A program made the position numbers and the translations under genes. A stretch of 64,000 nucleotides of DNA from Carpediemonas membranifera BICM. Taxonomy: Eukaryota > Protista > Fornicata. Below the pieces are notes generated by a model. The model was not told where the DNA came from. It did no database searches and was given only the letters and a program-made list of their open reading frames with translations. Below are positions 37,104 through 50,200 of this stretch, in pieces (within the stretch, counting starts at the first letter, position 1; each line of letters begins with the position of its first letter). The DNA lies in assembly GCA_019828565.1 (NCBI GenBank), contig JAHDYR010000067.1, forward strand, positions 464,244 through 528,243, written 5' to 3'.

Positions 37104-37934
37104 TGCCATACAGGACTGCCACGGGCAGGTCGTTGACAATATAGGCGGTCAGCTCGGTCGAGGCTCGGACCGGAATGTCGAAGTATGGCTCTGAGATGAT
37201 GGGAGTGAGCTGTGCTGTGCCCACATACTCGCCGTGGACATCTCTCCAGCCGTTGACAGGGCCTGAGGCTGGTTTCACCTCGAGGGAGAGGTAGGCGGCA
37301 GCATCCGGGCGCATCAATATGGGGTACTGTTCCGCACCTGTGTCGAGTGACACGACCAGTGGTGAGCCGTTCCGCTGCGTGCGCATCACTGCGCGATATC
37401 GGTTCGTCGGAGTATCCGGTAGGCTGTCCAATAGGGGCTCGGTTGCGACTCCCGGCACGTATGACATGGGCTTATCAGCATCACGAGCCTCCCGGTTGCG
37501 TGCAATGCCAGGGAGGGCGAGATTGCGCCTCTCGGCTTCCTTCTTGACCTCGGGCATGACTGTCTTGCCTTGCTTATCGCACACTCGGTAGTGGTCGGTC
37601 AACTGCTTATTCTTCAGCTTGCTCGGATCAACGCGGAGCTGTTTGACAATGTTGCAGTCTTTCGTCGGGTGTGCGGTCAGGTGGAACGCGCACTTTCCGC
37701 CCGTCGTTCTCGGCGGGGGTGGTGCGAGTACGGGGCCCGAGCTGGGTTGTCGCTCTGGGGCCGTGTCGGACGATACTGGTCGCAGCAGCGGCTCGATACG
37801 GATCAAATCCGCTTGCAGCGAGCCGAGGGCCTCCCGTGCCTCATCTAGCATGGCGGTGACAGGCTCTGCCGCCGTGACGCGGTTGATAGAGCCCTCGCCC
37901 ACCAGATATGCTGTGGTCGTGGCGTTTGGGGAGG
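37104..37934 (-). CDS. Element A gag C-terminus and protease fragment
   Basis: CAFHLTAHPTKDC knuckle, LDTGA. In frame with 40643-41441 and 32491-32674 once B and C are removed. Confidence 0.9.
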
Positions 37935-40637
37935 TGTGGCAACAGGTTCTCTAGTCAGTGCAGTTTATGGTAAATAGAATCTCATCTTTGTCTCTTCCGT
38001 GCTGCCACAGTTATATAACTGCCAATAAGCTTTGCGGTAGTATCATGCTGGTTCGGATGGACGAAGTTCTGGCGATTCAGGAGAAAGAAAGAGGTGTGCT
38101 AGCCTTTCCGTTCAAAATTCTGCAGTATTTCGGCAGTGAGGGAGGTGATAATGCTTAACACCTAATATGCAGCGAATTCTTCCGTTGCTTGCTATGGAAT
38201 TCGCACTCCAACGCGAGTAGCGCAAGTCGGTAGCTCTGTTCATCATGGTTCCGTCGAAGAAGTGCGCCTGGGGACTATACGGCGTAAAAAACGACGTGAG
38301 ACAACACCTGGTGACGTATAATAGTAGAGCTGTGCGAAACTGACGACGCTGAATGAAGTCCGCTCCCACAACGAGTGCGAAAATCGATCGATCGCTAGCT
38401 AAGCGCAACGCGACGATTCAGGAAGACTTGCACAGAGGGGGGCGAGCTCCAGACACGAGGAGGACGGATAGCCATGATGGTGTCCCCTTGTAATGACCGA
38501 GCGAGGTAGAAAATCCCTCAATCTTTTGATTGAAGCCCGAGTGAGTGACCTAACCTCTCGAGCGAAGACTTGGGATGGCTAGAGCCATTTTGCCCCGCGA
38601 TGTTCAATTTGCCCCAGATTGATCAGCTGAGCGGACACATGTTCGTTTCAACCAAATAGCGGCTTTGCTTGCAGCTAAGTGGGATGTTCCCCTTGAAAAT
38701 GCTTAGTTTATATGCGAACAGCTGAAATTAGCTGCTATGTCCATGCTCCGACGACTTTTCGTGTGGTACTAGCGATCTTACGGACAATTTCGCTGTTTCA
38801 TGCCACGACGAGCCATTGTGCTGGTCCAGGAGCGTAATAATGCCTTGATACAACGAGTGGCTGCGTTGGCTGCTCTCTTCAAGTGATATAACCGTCGTTC
38901 CAGCGGCGTCGTTCCACGACGAGCGCCGCATCGAGCTCATCTAGCTCTCACCATTTTCCTCACCTTCCTCGCCACGCAAGCAGCAACGGGGTACCACGAC
39001 GAGGGTTCGTTCCCCCTACAGCGAGCTGACGTGTCTGAGACCATGTTCGATCGACCGAATCTTTATAGATTCGATGGCCGAATCTTCTGATATCTACGGT
39101 CTACAGAAGGAACTAAGTCATTCTAACGCATTCTAGCGTGACGAGAAGCCCTATAACAGATTTATGAGAGGTCTGACGCGACATTTGACCATTGTTGACC
39201 GCAGGTGAATTGCACCAATGATATGCCTCAAAAGGCGGGTAAGCAAGTTCATATGACATCCAGCGGTACAAGACGAGTGGTCTGCGGCGTCTGAGAGACC
39301 TGCACTGTGAAACAGGGAGGTGATTGGTCTGCTGCCCGCGCTGCCAACGACGTGGCGCGACAGCCTTTGAGGCCTTACAGCGGACGCAGGGCGAGGGTAC
39401 GAGCTGTATACGACGGTGATGTACGGGGTGGCGACCTTACTAGGTCCAGTCCGACCCACGGAGTCATTCATTTGACGGGTTGGCAGGTTGACCTTCGCCT
39501 TTATGACTTGACTTTTATGCTCATTCGATGGAGCCTTGGGACTGACGTATCGTGCTTGTGAGGTGGCCCAAGTCGGTCTGCCTTCTGCCAGTCTACCCAA
39601 CGGTGTCCATGTGCTGAGTCGAGGTTGGTGCTCCAAGCTCCGGCATATGCTAAGCCGGGACAGTGGCGAGCCTGAATCAGTGTGATGAGCTGTACAAATC
39701 AATCTCAGTGTCTATCGACCAAGACGTGACCTGAACCCGGAACGTGCGGAGGTCGACGGTGCTCCTTTAGCACACTTGGTCTGACGTGAAGGACACTTCT
39801 TCTTATGCGGGGTGGACGACGGTGACGAGCTGTGTTAGAACGTCTATCGCGATGACTTATATCGGTGATGGAGCTGGTCTCTGGTGGGTTGAGCGGCTAT
39901 GCTTGGCCTTGATCAGTATTCACGTCCAGGTCGGCGTGACTCCTATCCTTCCCTTTTGTTCGTAGATGATAAGTTGCCTTGAAGTGGGTGAGCGTAGGCC
40001 CAACGCCGGTCAAAACGACAGAGTACCGTGGATGGCTGGAAGCTTTCTTTCTGCTCGAAGTTACTGCCTTGAAGCGGCTGATCTTGGAGGCCATAAGAAG
40101 TCAGGCGGAGACTCGAGTTAACGAACAACATGAGGGGCAACCCCCACTCTCTCCTTGAAGGGACCCTGAACCTACTGGTTATTCCCTTCTGATGCGTGGT
40201 AACAGGCCACATGTCGCCGCAACATGTAGTTTCGGTGATGATGCCCTCGACATGATGTCGTGGTGTGCAGAGTTTTCTCTTCTGGAGTTCTCTGATATGA
40301 TGAGAACAGCTGTGTGCCAGCGGTCTCAGAACAACGCACCTTCTTTCCGGTCCTCGGCCGCGACCTTCCGGTCCGTGGGGGCAGGGTGTGCGGTCTTCTG
40401 CTCTTAAGTCGAGTCAGCCTCGAGCCGTTTCAGTTGTTCCTCGCCTGCCGTTTGCGCTGTTGTGCTTGGTACGGTCGGTATCTCTGCCATCTTTTCTGCA
40501 CTTCCCTGTTCTCCTTCTTCCGTTGTCCTGTCCTCGCCTTTGGCTCCGGGCCGTGGGGGCAGTGTGGCAACAGGTTCTCTAGTCAGTGCAGTTTATGGTA
40601 AATAGAATCTCATCTTTGTCTCTTCCGTGCTGCCACA
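37935..40637 (+). mobile_element. Non-autonomous LTR element B (2703 bp) nested in A
   Basis: Identical 75-bp TGTGGCA...TGCCACA LTRs at 37935-38009 and 40563-40637; 5-bp TSD GGAGG; GGGGGCAG before the 3' LTR; no gag/pol ORF inside. Confidence 0.92.
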
Positions 40638-40642
40638 GGAGG

Positions 40643-41441
40643 CGAGGCCATGGAGAAAGGCTGTCTTGACCTCCGTGCTGACCTTGTTGTCGTGCTCTTT
40701 CCCGCTCTTGTCAGACCTGTCGGCAAAAACGAAGTTATAAGTGGAGCGGAATTTGGCGAGGTACTCCAACACGCTGCGGCTCGTTGCGAGCTTGTCGGAG
40801 GTGTAAATGGGGCTGGGGACGGCCCGGAGAATCTCCAGACTTTCGGCAATCGAAAAGTCCAAGAGGTCGCGTATCAGCCAGAAGAACTGCTCTGCCTGGG
40901 TGGCGAGAGCCTGGGCGCGATTCAAGACGGGTTCCTTGTTCTCCTTAACCGACGGTGTCTCGGGGTTCGCCTCGAGGGCTTGCAGCTCTTTCACAAGCTT
41001 GATAGCCTCGCGGGCGGTTGTCTGCATATCAGCCTTCTCTTCTGAAGTGAGCTCGGTGCCGATACTCTTGAAGAGGACAATGGCGCGCTCGAGTGTCTCC
41101 AGCTCTTGGCGCTTCTTGCTGATGGCGTCCGGTGAGGGAGGCTTGGTGTTGGCGGTATCGCTCTTGACCGTGCGGTCCCTGGAATAGGGCACCAGCTCGG
41201 TAACCAAGTACTCAAACAGATCGTCGCAGGTCAACATCTTCACACCCTTGTCGTTGATATCCGTGTAAACTGTGCCGGGCTTGAAGTAGCCGCGAATAAA
41301 GTCTTCTACGGGACCAGGCGTTAGGAAATGTCGCAGGGGGTCCGGTTTCGTGGTTGTTTGGAAATAAGTTTTCATCTGATCGGTGAACGCCGCCCAAAGA
41401 ACGAGATTTCGTTCGTGCGGGGCGTTAATATCGGTAGTCAT
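40643..41441 (-). CDS. Element A gag N-terminus
   Basis: ATG lies 24 nt after the 5' LTR; the frame continues as ...HGLAS|PNATTTAYLVGEG across the B insertion. Confidence 0.85.
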
Positions 41442-41719
41442 TACTTTGTTTGCTGGAGAAGCTTCTGTAGTCTCAGTAGACTTTCGAGTGATCGGGGGTG
41501 TGCACTTTAATGATCGCTACAGGCCGAAGCGCCGCGAACTGAGCGTCTTGCTCGTTCTCATGCTTCGGCGCTCGCTAATGCTTCTGCCTTCAGCCCCTGC
41601 ATGGGCTGCGCGGCGAGGCACTTAGCGAAACGCACGTGAACTCCACGGCTGCGAATGCCTTAACGCATCGGGGCTACTCAGACACACGGTATACGCCATC
41701 TTTCAAACAACATCAACAC

Positions 41720-41974
41720 GACGTCGGAAGCCCGTGCCAGGGCGAGCGAGCGCTCGGGAAGGTCTGAGTTCGACAGTGAGCTGCGAGAGGCAGTCGGCAC
41801 GAAAGCGCCGCTGCAGGCACTAGAAAGCACCGCCGCTTGCTCGTTGACAGATGAGGCCCCGGCCGATGCTTAGAGCTCGCGGCGCTGGAAGCCTGCAGAA
41901 GTATCTATCAGTCAAATGCACGGGGCTGCTGGGCTCTCCCAGTAGAAACACAATTCAGACTACTCTCCGACGTC
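41720..41974 (+). ncRNA. RPR1: Nuclear RNase P RNA, copy 3
   Basis: Same CR-I to CR-V motifs and P1/P2/P4 pairings as copy 2. Confidence 0.93.
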
Positions 41975-42407
41975 ATCGCTAACCAACATCATCGCACCTC
42001 TAAATGCCGCCTGCCGTTGTTGCCCAGAATGGGTCGCGCGAGAGCACACGCGAGGCCAGACACCGCTGCTTCACGCCAGACCACTCGTCGCCCTGGCGCA
42101 CGTGACTCAAGCCTTTATCATTCCCGATTCACCAACCAGCACGAAAGTTCTCCCCCTCAAGCTCACGCCTCACGTTGACCATAGCGAGGGCACTGCCCCT
42201 GGAGAGCCCGAGTCGCAGCCAACATCGGCGTAGAAATACGTTGGTACCGCAATAGCATGTTGATTATTTCGATCTCGCACTGATTCGCACCAAATCATCG
42301 ACCAGATCAATCTGCCACTGCATTCACCTCGCCCACGCGCAACGTGAACTTGCTCCAAGCGCTTGAAACGAGACTGAAGAGAACTTGGCGTGCATATACA
42401 GGATTGA

Positions 42408-43536
42408 ATGTTTGATTTCGTTGATTTGAGAGAGATTACCTGGGCAGCTTTCTGCCTTGGTTCCATATGGCTCGTCGCCTTCGTTGGTGGGGCCATTCCG
42501 CTTGCATGGCGCATATACTCCGGCCATTCTAGCAAAGAATATCGCGTTTGATGCGATTATGGAGTACATGAACATGCTTTCAGCTGGTGTCTTCCTCGCT
42601 GGCGCCCTGCTGCACATGCTGCCTGAGGCCAACGAGGCTGCGGAGTCCACAATACCCGACGCCTCCCTCCTCGCCGGCCGCCCCGTTGCTTTCATGATCG
42701 CCTCCGCTGTCTTTGTCGCCATGGCCGCCGTCGACTACATCACAGGCGCCCACTCGCATGTCGAGGACAACGGCCTTTGCTCCCTCCACATCGTAGAGGA
42801 CAAGGAGCTTTCCGACGTCGAATCGCAGGCCAGCGACGCGGAGTCGTCCATCCCAGTGGCAGAGTCGGTGAGGCCAGACTACGGCGAGCAACAGCCGCCC
42901 GTGGACCAGCCCGACGATCGCCCGCCCGCATACCCCCATACGCACAGCGAGCATGCCCTCATGACATGCACCGAGGCCGGGTGCCAGGTCGACCACTGCC
43001 CCTACCCAGCCCGCCCCCACAGGCACTCGCCCAAGGCCCGCGCCTCAATGGGCCCTCTGCGGGCGTGCCTGATCCCTCTGTTCCTCCTCTCCGCGCTCTC
43101 CTTCCACTCGATCGTCGCAGGTTTCGGCCTGGGCGTGCTTCCATACGGGTCGACGGCGCGGATGTCCTGGGTCGCTATATTTGCGCACAAGGGGCTCGAG
43201 GCGATGGCTCTCGTCGCTTCCATCGTCCTGCATGGAGCAGGGGTGGGTGTAGTGGCCGCGGTCACTGTCGCGTACGCCTGCATCACGCCGCTGGGGTACC
43301 TCCTCGGTGCGGCCACGCATAAGCTTGTGGAGGGCGCAGCAAAAGATGCCGTCGTCTTCGTTGGCGTGTCCTTGTCGGCCGGGACGTTCCTCTATGTGGG
43401 CTTGATCGAGCTTCTAGCTCACACCATGCATCGCGACGGGCATGCCGCGGTGGGCCACCGAGTGGGGCACATGCTGAGCATGGCTCTCGGCGTGGCTGCT
43501 ATGACGGGCCTGCTCTTCCTTGAGGCCGACGAGTGA
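42408..43536 (+). pseudogene. ZIP transporter, copy 2 (extra A near 42534; real lesion or assembly error)
   Basis: Inverted near-identical duplicate of 10476-11603; AGCAAAGAAT versus AGCAAGAAT shifts the frame. Confidence 0.85.
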
Positions 43537-43694
43537 CGGGCTGATGAGCATGATAAATGTCAGAAGACCGCTGGACGGGAGGATGCGTTACGATCTGCGG
43601 CCGCTGGGGTCACGTTTCGTGGCTCCGGTGAGTGGTGTCGGCGGTCGGCGAGTCGGCAGTCAGAATTTGGGCACCGAACTGAGCGCTGGAAGGC

Positions 43695-45252
43695 ATGAGC
43701 AGCACTAGTTCCTCTCCAACGTGCATCAAAGACACACTTACCTCCGCATATCGCTCCTCGGTCGCCATAACGGCCTCCATCTCTGGGGACATCCCATCCT
43801 TGATCCAGTGCGCCTACTCCAGGCACTTCAAGAAGCCTCCTCGCCACGCTCTCAGAGATCCCCCCTCTCGAACCAACCGCGCAAGCCCTCCTCGACCGCG
43901 CCCGCTCGATCCTCACCAGCGGCCCCCCGCTGTCAATGAACGTTGAGCTCGCGGATGGCGAGGAGCTCCCGGTCGCCATGCACACGCTGAACCAGGGCGC
44001 GGTGTGGGCGTGTCTGCTGGGTGGCGGGGCCAACCCCGACCTCGAGGACAGGGTGCTGCAAGAGGCCCAAGTGCTGGGGTCACGTGGTACCACGATTTAC
44101 GACAAGATCCGCAAGGTCATCGCCCCCGAGGCCAAGTGCCTCTGGTTCCTCTGCCGCAAGTTCTTCTTCTCGCTGAACGTCGCCGAGAAGGACGGCGAGA
44201 GCTATCAGCACGCTTGGTCCTACATATTTTATCACCACCGCATGTACATGGACCGACTCTTCATGCTCGGCACTGCCAATCACACCGCCTTCACCAGGGC
44301 CAGGATGCCCAGGGCCCTCGAGGTCTACAGCAACATATGGACCCACATCGCCAGGACGCCCAAGGGCATGTGGGGCTGGGGGTATAGCGGTCATGGCCAG
44401 CTGGGGTTCGAGTCATTTGAGTTCAACGACCCGACCCGCCTTACCTTCCCCGCCTGCGCCGAGGTCGCCGAGCTCGAGACCAGCCTGCCCCCTTGGGAGA
44501 AGCACAGGATGGTGACTGATGTGTTGATGAAGGGAGATCAGACGTTCATTCTCACCCCAGTCGGCACTGTCATGGCTGGCGCTGCTTCGGTGCGCTTCGT
44601 CGGCCCAGTCGAGGAGGAGAACGAGTACCTCTTCCACCCAGTCGCTGTGCCCGCTGGCTTTGTCCCAGATCACATCATTCATGTGGGAAGTTTATTTATC
44701 GCGACTGTCATCCTCTCCATGGGCGATCGGCAGATGATCAGCGGAGACAACGATTATGGTTAGCTGGGAATTGGGCACGAGAATGAGATGACTGGCTTCG
44801 AGGTGCTGCCCTTCAGGGTCGACCGGATCATTTCTTCTGCACTTGATTTCACCGAGGAATACGGTGGCCGCCAGCTGCTGTTCGCTGGCGAAGTTCCCGA
44901 TCATATCGCCCAGTCGGGCCTGCTGCCTGGGTACAGAAAGAACGACAACTGCCTCACACCCACCCCGCTCCGGTTCCCAGAGAGGGTCAAGGGGTTCTGG
45001 TGTGACGATTATCAGATCGTCTGGGTGACCGAGGGTGCCACCCACTTCTTCCACCATGGGAAGCTTACCGTGGTTCCTATTGAGGCGACAGCGTTCAGTG
45101 AAGACCTGTACATTCGCTTCTGCGACTCAACCGGCCAGTGGTTCAGGGTGGTGGGTGAGTCAGATGGGGTGGCTGAGCTGGTCGAGTGCGAGGCGCCCAG
45201 AAGACCGAGAGACATCATTCCCGTCGATTTCGACCCAAGCCCTCAATCATAA
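43695..45252 (+). pseudogene. RCC1-like repeat family gene, copy 4 (in-frame TAG at 44761-44763)
   Basis: Same family; the CAG of NDYGQLG reads TAG here. Confidence 0.75.
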
Positions 45253-47205
45253 ACGTTCTGAAGCGACAGTGAGCTCCTTGCAGTTGAAATGTCCGGTATG
45301 GGAAGTTGACGAAACCAACCGGAAAAAGGCCAAAAGCTGGCAATCGGGATTTATCGGATCTCATTGAAAGCTATTCGAGCTCGAAGCGAGCGACGGTGCC
45401 CCGCGGCGCCAGCATCCACCAAATGGTAATTTCAGGACCAAGAGTTCGTCTGCTCTGGGGCACGAGAGCAGAAATGGGAAGTTTTCTCCTAACCCACTAG
45501 CCATAGGGCACATTGGGGAAGCAAATTGCTCCCCGGAGGAGATCGCCCGTTGCGAAGCAGGTTAGCGCCAGAGCGGGCCGGCAGAGGACAACTGGCTGCT
45601 CCAGGTGAGGTGCGCACCACCTCACCTGGAGCCCACTCCCTGCCCTGTATACCTCGCCGTGCGCCAAGCTATGTCGAGCAACAGATGATCGTCCTCGTGT
45701 GCCCAAAAATGCACAGAGGCAAAAACCACCCAAAAGGGAATAAGTTAGCCTCGGTAGGAAAGCGTTGACAGAATACACAGTACTCTAACAACAAACAAAA
45801 CCTACCGCCCATGCTCCTGGGACCCACAAGGGGACCAGACGCAACTAAACGCTCCTCGCACAAACCCACAAGGGAAATCAACGCGAACAAGCGTACTGCG
45901 CCACCTTTATGATTGAAACCCCTACCGTAACCGGTACCCGCAGTAGGCCCCAGAGGCACTGCGACACGATTGCCTCAGACAACTTAACTGGGGCCATATG
46001 GCAAAGTAACCCGAGAGCACCGGGACCGGCGGCCAATAGGCTCTCACTGGGAGGCCACTGGGCCACACTACTCCGGCGCCCGTGCTCTCATGCCGCCCAA
46101 GACCGGGCTTGTGGACGTCATCGCCACGAGAGCCGGGATCGCCGCCCGCCGCCGGCATAGGCAACAGGGCCACCACAACAGGCCCCCAGTACACCAGCCA
46201 TACCGGACAACAGACCGGGAGCGCTGAGGGCCCCGTCCACAGCCCCACAAGAAACGCCCAGCCGAAGCCAAAAGGCATAAACCATCACGGTGTTTACCAG
46301 GACTCACAACCTCTTGGGAGTGACGCGACCCAGGAAGGAAACAACCGGGCTGCGACCACAAGATACAGGACGAGGGGCGTGAATGGCAACCAGCTGGTGC
46401 AGCCGGGCGTCTATGCGAGCACGAAGGCGCTTATAGACCCGCATTTGGCCCCTCAGCTCAGCGTCGAAACCCCGAGCCGACTTAGACTCGTGGGGACTCA
46501 GGTCCTCGTCACGGTAATTCTGAGCCAGGTAGGAAAAGGCAGCGGCACGCTCCCGCCACCGGCTGGCCAGGACGTCCACCTGGGCAAAATCGTCAGCTAT
46601 GGTCCGCAGGAAATGCGCCTCCCAACCCCGAGGAGTCGCCGGGCCAGGAGTCGGGGACTCCCGAGAAGGAGCGGTGAAGCCCCTGCCGCCACAAGGCAAG
46701 GGACTACCCTGGGGCCCGGAGGGGAATATGGGATCCCCCGTCGGAGTGCGAAGAGGGCCCTGCTTCCCGGGAAAGAGGCGGCGCCCCCGAAATCGGAGTC
46801 CAGGCCGTACTCGGGCCAAGGACTCGATAGGGATCGGAGTGCATAACCCCTGGTAATGCACCTCCCCCTCTGGGGACCGCTGGGCAGCGGAGGCGCCGGC
46901 CGAATGGCCAGGAGGAGGCGTGAAGGTGGAAGGAGAGATGGAACGGACGCATGGGGAATAAGGGACAGCAGCCCCGTGTGGGGCGATGCTCCCTGTCCCT
47001 GCAATAAGGTTCCCTTTTGGGTTTTCGCCAGACATGTTTTGTGTGGAAACAAGGTCCGCAACAAACCTCGCCCCTGAACCATCTGCCCTGAGGAAGGGAA
47101 AGGAGCCATACAAGACCAGGACATCGCTGGCTGGCGCCCCTTGGAACCTCCACCAAACCTCCTCAAGCCCCTCCAAGAAGCTGGCAAAAGTGCACTTCCC
47201 GCCTT

Positions 47206-50200
47206 TTGCCACTCCAAATGGAAACAGGGGAATATCCCAACAGGGACATGCCAGATAGGGAAGAAAGCATGATTTATGGCTTATTCGCCCTTAAGGCTGC
47301 ACCCAGAAGGGATCTCAGGAAAACCAGAAGGGAAAAAGCAAATACGTCCATTATCCAGCTCGGCAACGCGATAGGATACGACAAGATTGTAGACCCAGAA
47401 CAGGGAAGCTTTACAGCAAAGGAAGGCCCAGGGGAGCTCCGGAAAAGCCGGGCCAAGAAGCTGTTTGCATCACTTCCCCTCCTGAGACGGTACACAAAAG
47501 CCGCCCAACAGCCATACTGGCTATTCATTGAAGGGAACCGGCTGGACCTAGAGCAGGCGGAGACACTAAGCCGGCTTCGCCCAGGGTCCCCCAAATTTGT
47601 GTTCTACCCCAGAGTCCAGGCGGACTACTCCAAGTACGTAGCACATCCCCACCGGACGAGCCAGACGGCACCAGCTAGTGAGCAACACACCCCATCACTT
47701 CTCCCCGTGGAGGAGGGCCTTGATCTCGGCCGAATCCATAACCGGGACTTTTCGAGACCACGCCACACAATGACCTCGAACAGCTCCCAAAGCGTCCCAG
47801 ACGCCTTGGATTGCGCAAACACCACCCCAAATGGGATCAAGGAGTCGTTAACGCCACTGGGCAAGCAACTGGCCACACCGGACGAATGGGACTGCATCAG
47901 AGCCTCAGCAGATGCGGCTATTCCCACAAGGGACGTTGCCATGGTCTTCACCAGAGATGACGCAACGGACTTCACTGCCCGAACGGGAAAGGTCGCAAGG
48001 ACGCTCCTCCTAGAGCTCGTGGCAACATCGCTGCAAGCTGCAGGACATTCTTCGATCTCAGGCAACGGCATCCAGACCAAGTACGGGATGGAGGCTGCAA
48101 TGTGGCTCCTCCATGCCGCCGGACACGCCATCTCCGCGGGAGCTGCAGCCAGAGGGCTCCCCCTCACTAGGACGCGAAAACAAGAAGCTCTGGGCCGACC
48201 TAGGCCGGGAACTAGCCAAAGGGCAAGGCTACCACGCCCCTCACCCCCCGGAGGGAGGTTTCCGCAGACCAGACGGCACGCCCATCCAGATCTGGACCCA
48301 GGGCCCCGTCGAGGAGATCCTCATCTACAGCAGAACCGAGGGTGTGATGAGGCCAGTCTTCCCACCCCCACCCCTGGAAGAAGAGCCTTCGGCAGCAGAG
48401 GCAGACCTGAGGGAGGAGGTCAGAGACCTCATCCAACGGTGGTCAGTCCCCGGCTTCCCCGAACTCTGGTCGGCATGGGATAAGACCAGGCGTCTCTGGC
48501 CCCCACCCGCGAGGATTGCCCGCGAACTGGTGTCTGCCTCCTTTCTGACGCGCAACATCACTAACTACTGGCTCACAACGGGGCAGACCCAAGTTATAGA
48601 GCCCGTACGGGACGGGGCATCTCATGGAGCCCTGGGTACTAACGAAGAAGAAACCCCCCTGGGCCCGAGCGGCAGCAGGACTTCCGGCCCTGATGACACA
48701 CCCACCACGCCAAACAAGGGCACATGCGGGCCCAGCATGGGAGCTAGCCCGCCTCGTTCCAATATCACCCAACGAGCCAACACCACCAGGCAGTTGATCG
48801 CTATGGTGGACTTTGAGGAAGGAAGAGCCAGATCCAACCAAGGAGACGAGGCCATCATTTGCGAAGGGGCGGCACTGATTTTCGACCCAGCTAACGAGCA
48901 AATCCTCTACTACATGCACGGGATGCTTGGGGAAGACATCACAGTGGATGCCCTGGACCAATGTCTGTGGGCCACGCACTACATCCATGGCTGCCCACCA
49001 GCTACGTTTGTCGACGTCACCACGGGCAAAGCCCCCAAGGGATACGAAGCAGACTTCCCCCACGCCAAGCGATGGTGCACCGAGATGGCTACAGAGCTGA
49101 AGAGACTGGAAGACGACTCGGGGCCACAGAAGACCCACGTCCACATCGTGGCTAAGGGAGTCGAGGCTGAGAGAAGCATCCTGACCAGTGAGAAGTTCGT
49201 CCCAGACGGGAACCTCCGCACCTGGCTAAGCTTACGCCTCATGGATGAAACTGACCTCAACACGATCTTCCCCAACATCCTCGACACGCTGACCTGGTTC
49301 TACCCCAATAGTGGGGAGAAGAGCCTCACCGGCCTCCCCTCCCGACCCCAGTCCGAACTGGGCCGGACCTGGACCAGAAGGTACCAACAGCGCCCGGAGG
49401 CAAAATTGGTGTGCCCCTATCACAAGCACGCACCCCACCACTGCCACTGCGCCCTAGCAGATGTCTCCATATTCTACGCCAGACTAGCAACAGCGTTCTG
49501 GATGAGAGACAACCCAGGCTGGGACTGGGGGCAGGTAGAAGCCCACCTCACAGCCCTAGGAAGCATGCTCATGGGCAGGGAGTCGCCGTACCATGATGAA
49601 TACAAGGACCTGGCGACCAAAGTCAACGCCAGACACGGCCTCGGCACCGTGGCGGCCGGTCGCCTAACCCCATTGTCCCAACAAGTCAACCTCTTTGGCA
49701 CCAAGAACCCCAAACGGGGCCAGATTATCATGACCAACTGGGAGGAAAACGATTTCAGCTCCGGAAAGGGTATCACCAGAGCCCTGGAAGGAACAGCCGT
49801 GATCATCGGAAACCCAGAATCGCTCGCGAGAGTAGGCGAACCAGCGCGACCCATCCTCCTGGAAATCCACTCGGAGTGGAACGGGCGCCGCCGCGCTGTC
49901 CAAGACGGTTTCCCTTGGGCGAACCTGAGGGGGGAGCCCACGGAAATAGACGCGGAAAAGATGCTTACTCTAGACGTCAGCGACACCAAAACGATGACCC
50001 TATCCCAAGCGGCGTCTTTGATGCCCGTCCACAAATTCGACATAGCTGGAGGCCACATGGGCAGAGAAGCCAGGAAGAAGATCTTCAACTACTTCACGGA
50101 GGTCCCAGCCGACGATCGAGAACTCCTGGCCAACATGTGTGTCGACCCGGAGACAGGCTCCATCAACTTCCTCCCCTCGTTCCTCCCCCGGGACTGGGGT

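Larger units (their letters stand above)
23661..41521 (-). mobile_element. Ty3/gypsy chromovirus A (~4.68 kb when reconstituted), hosting three nested insertions
   Basis: Identical 56-bp TG...CA LTRs at 23661-23716 and 41466-41521; 5-bp TSD GGCCG (23656-23660, 41522-41526); polypurine tract GGAGGGGAA next to the 3' LTR. Confidence 0.97.
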
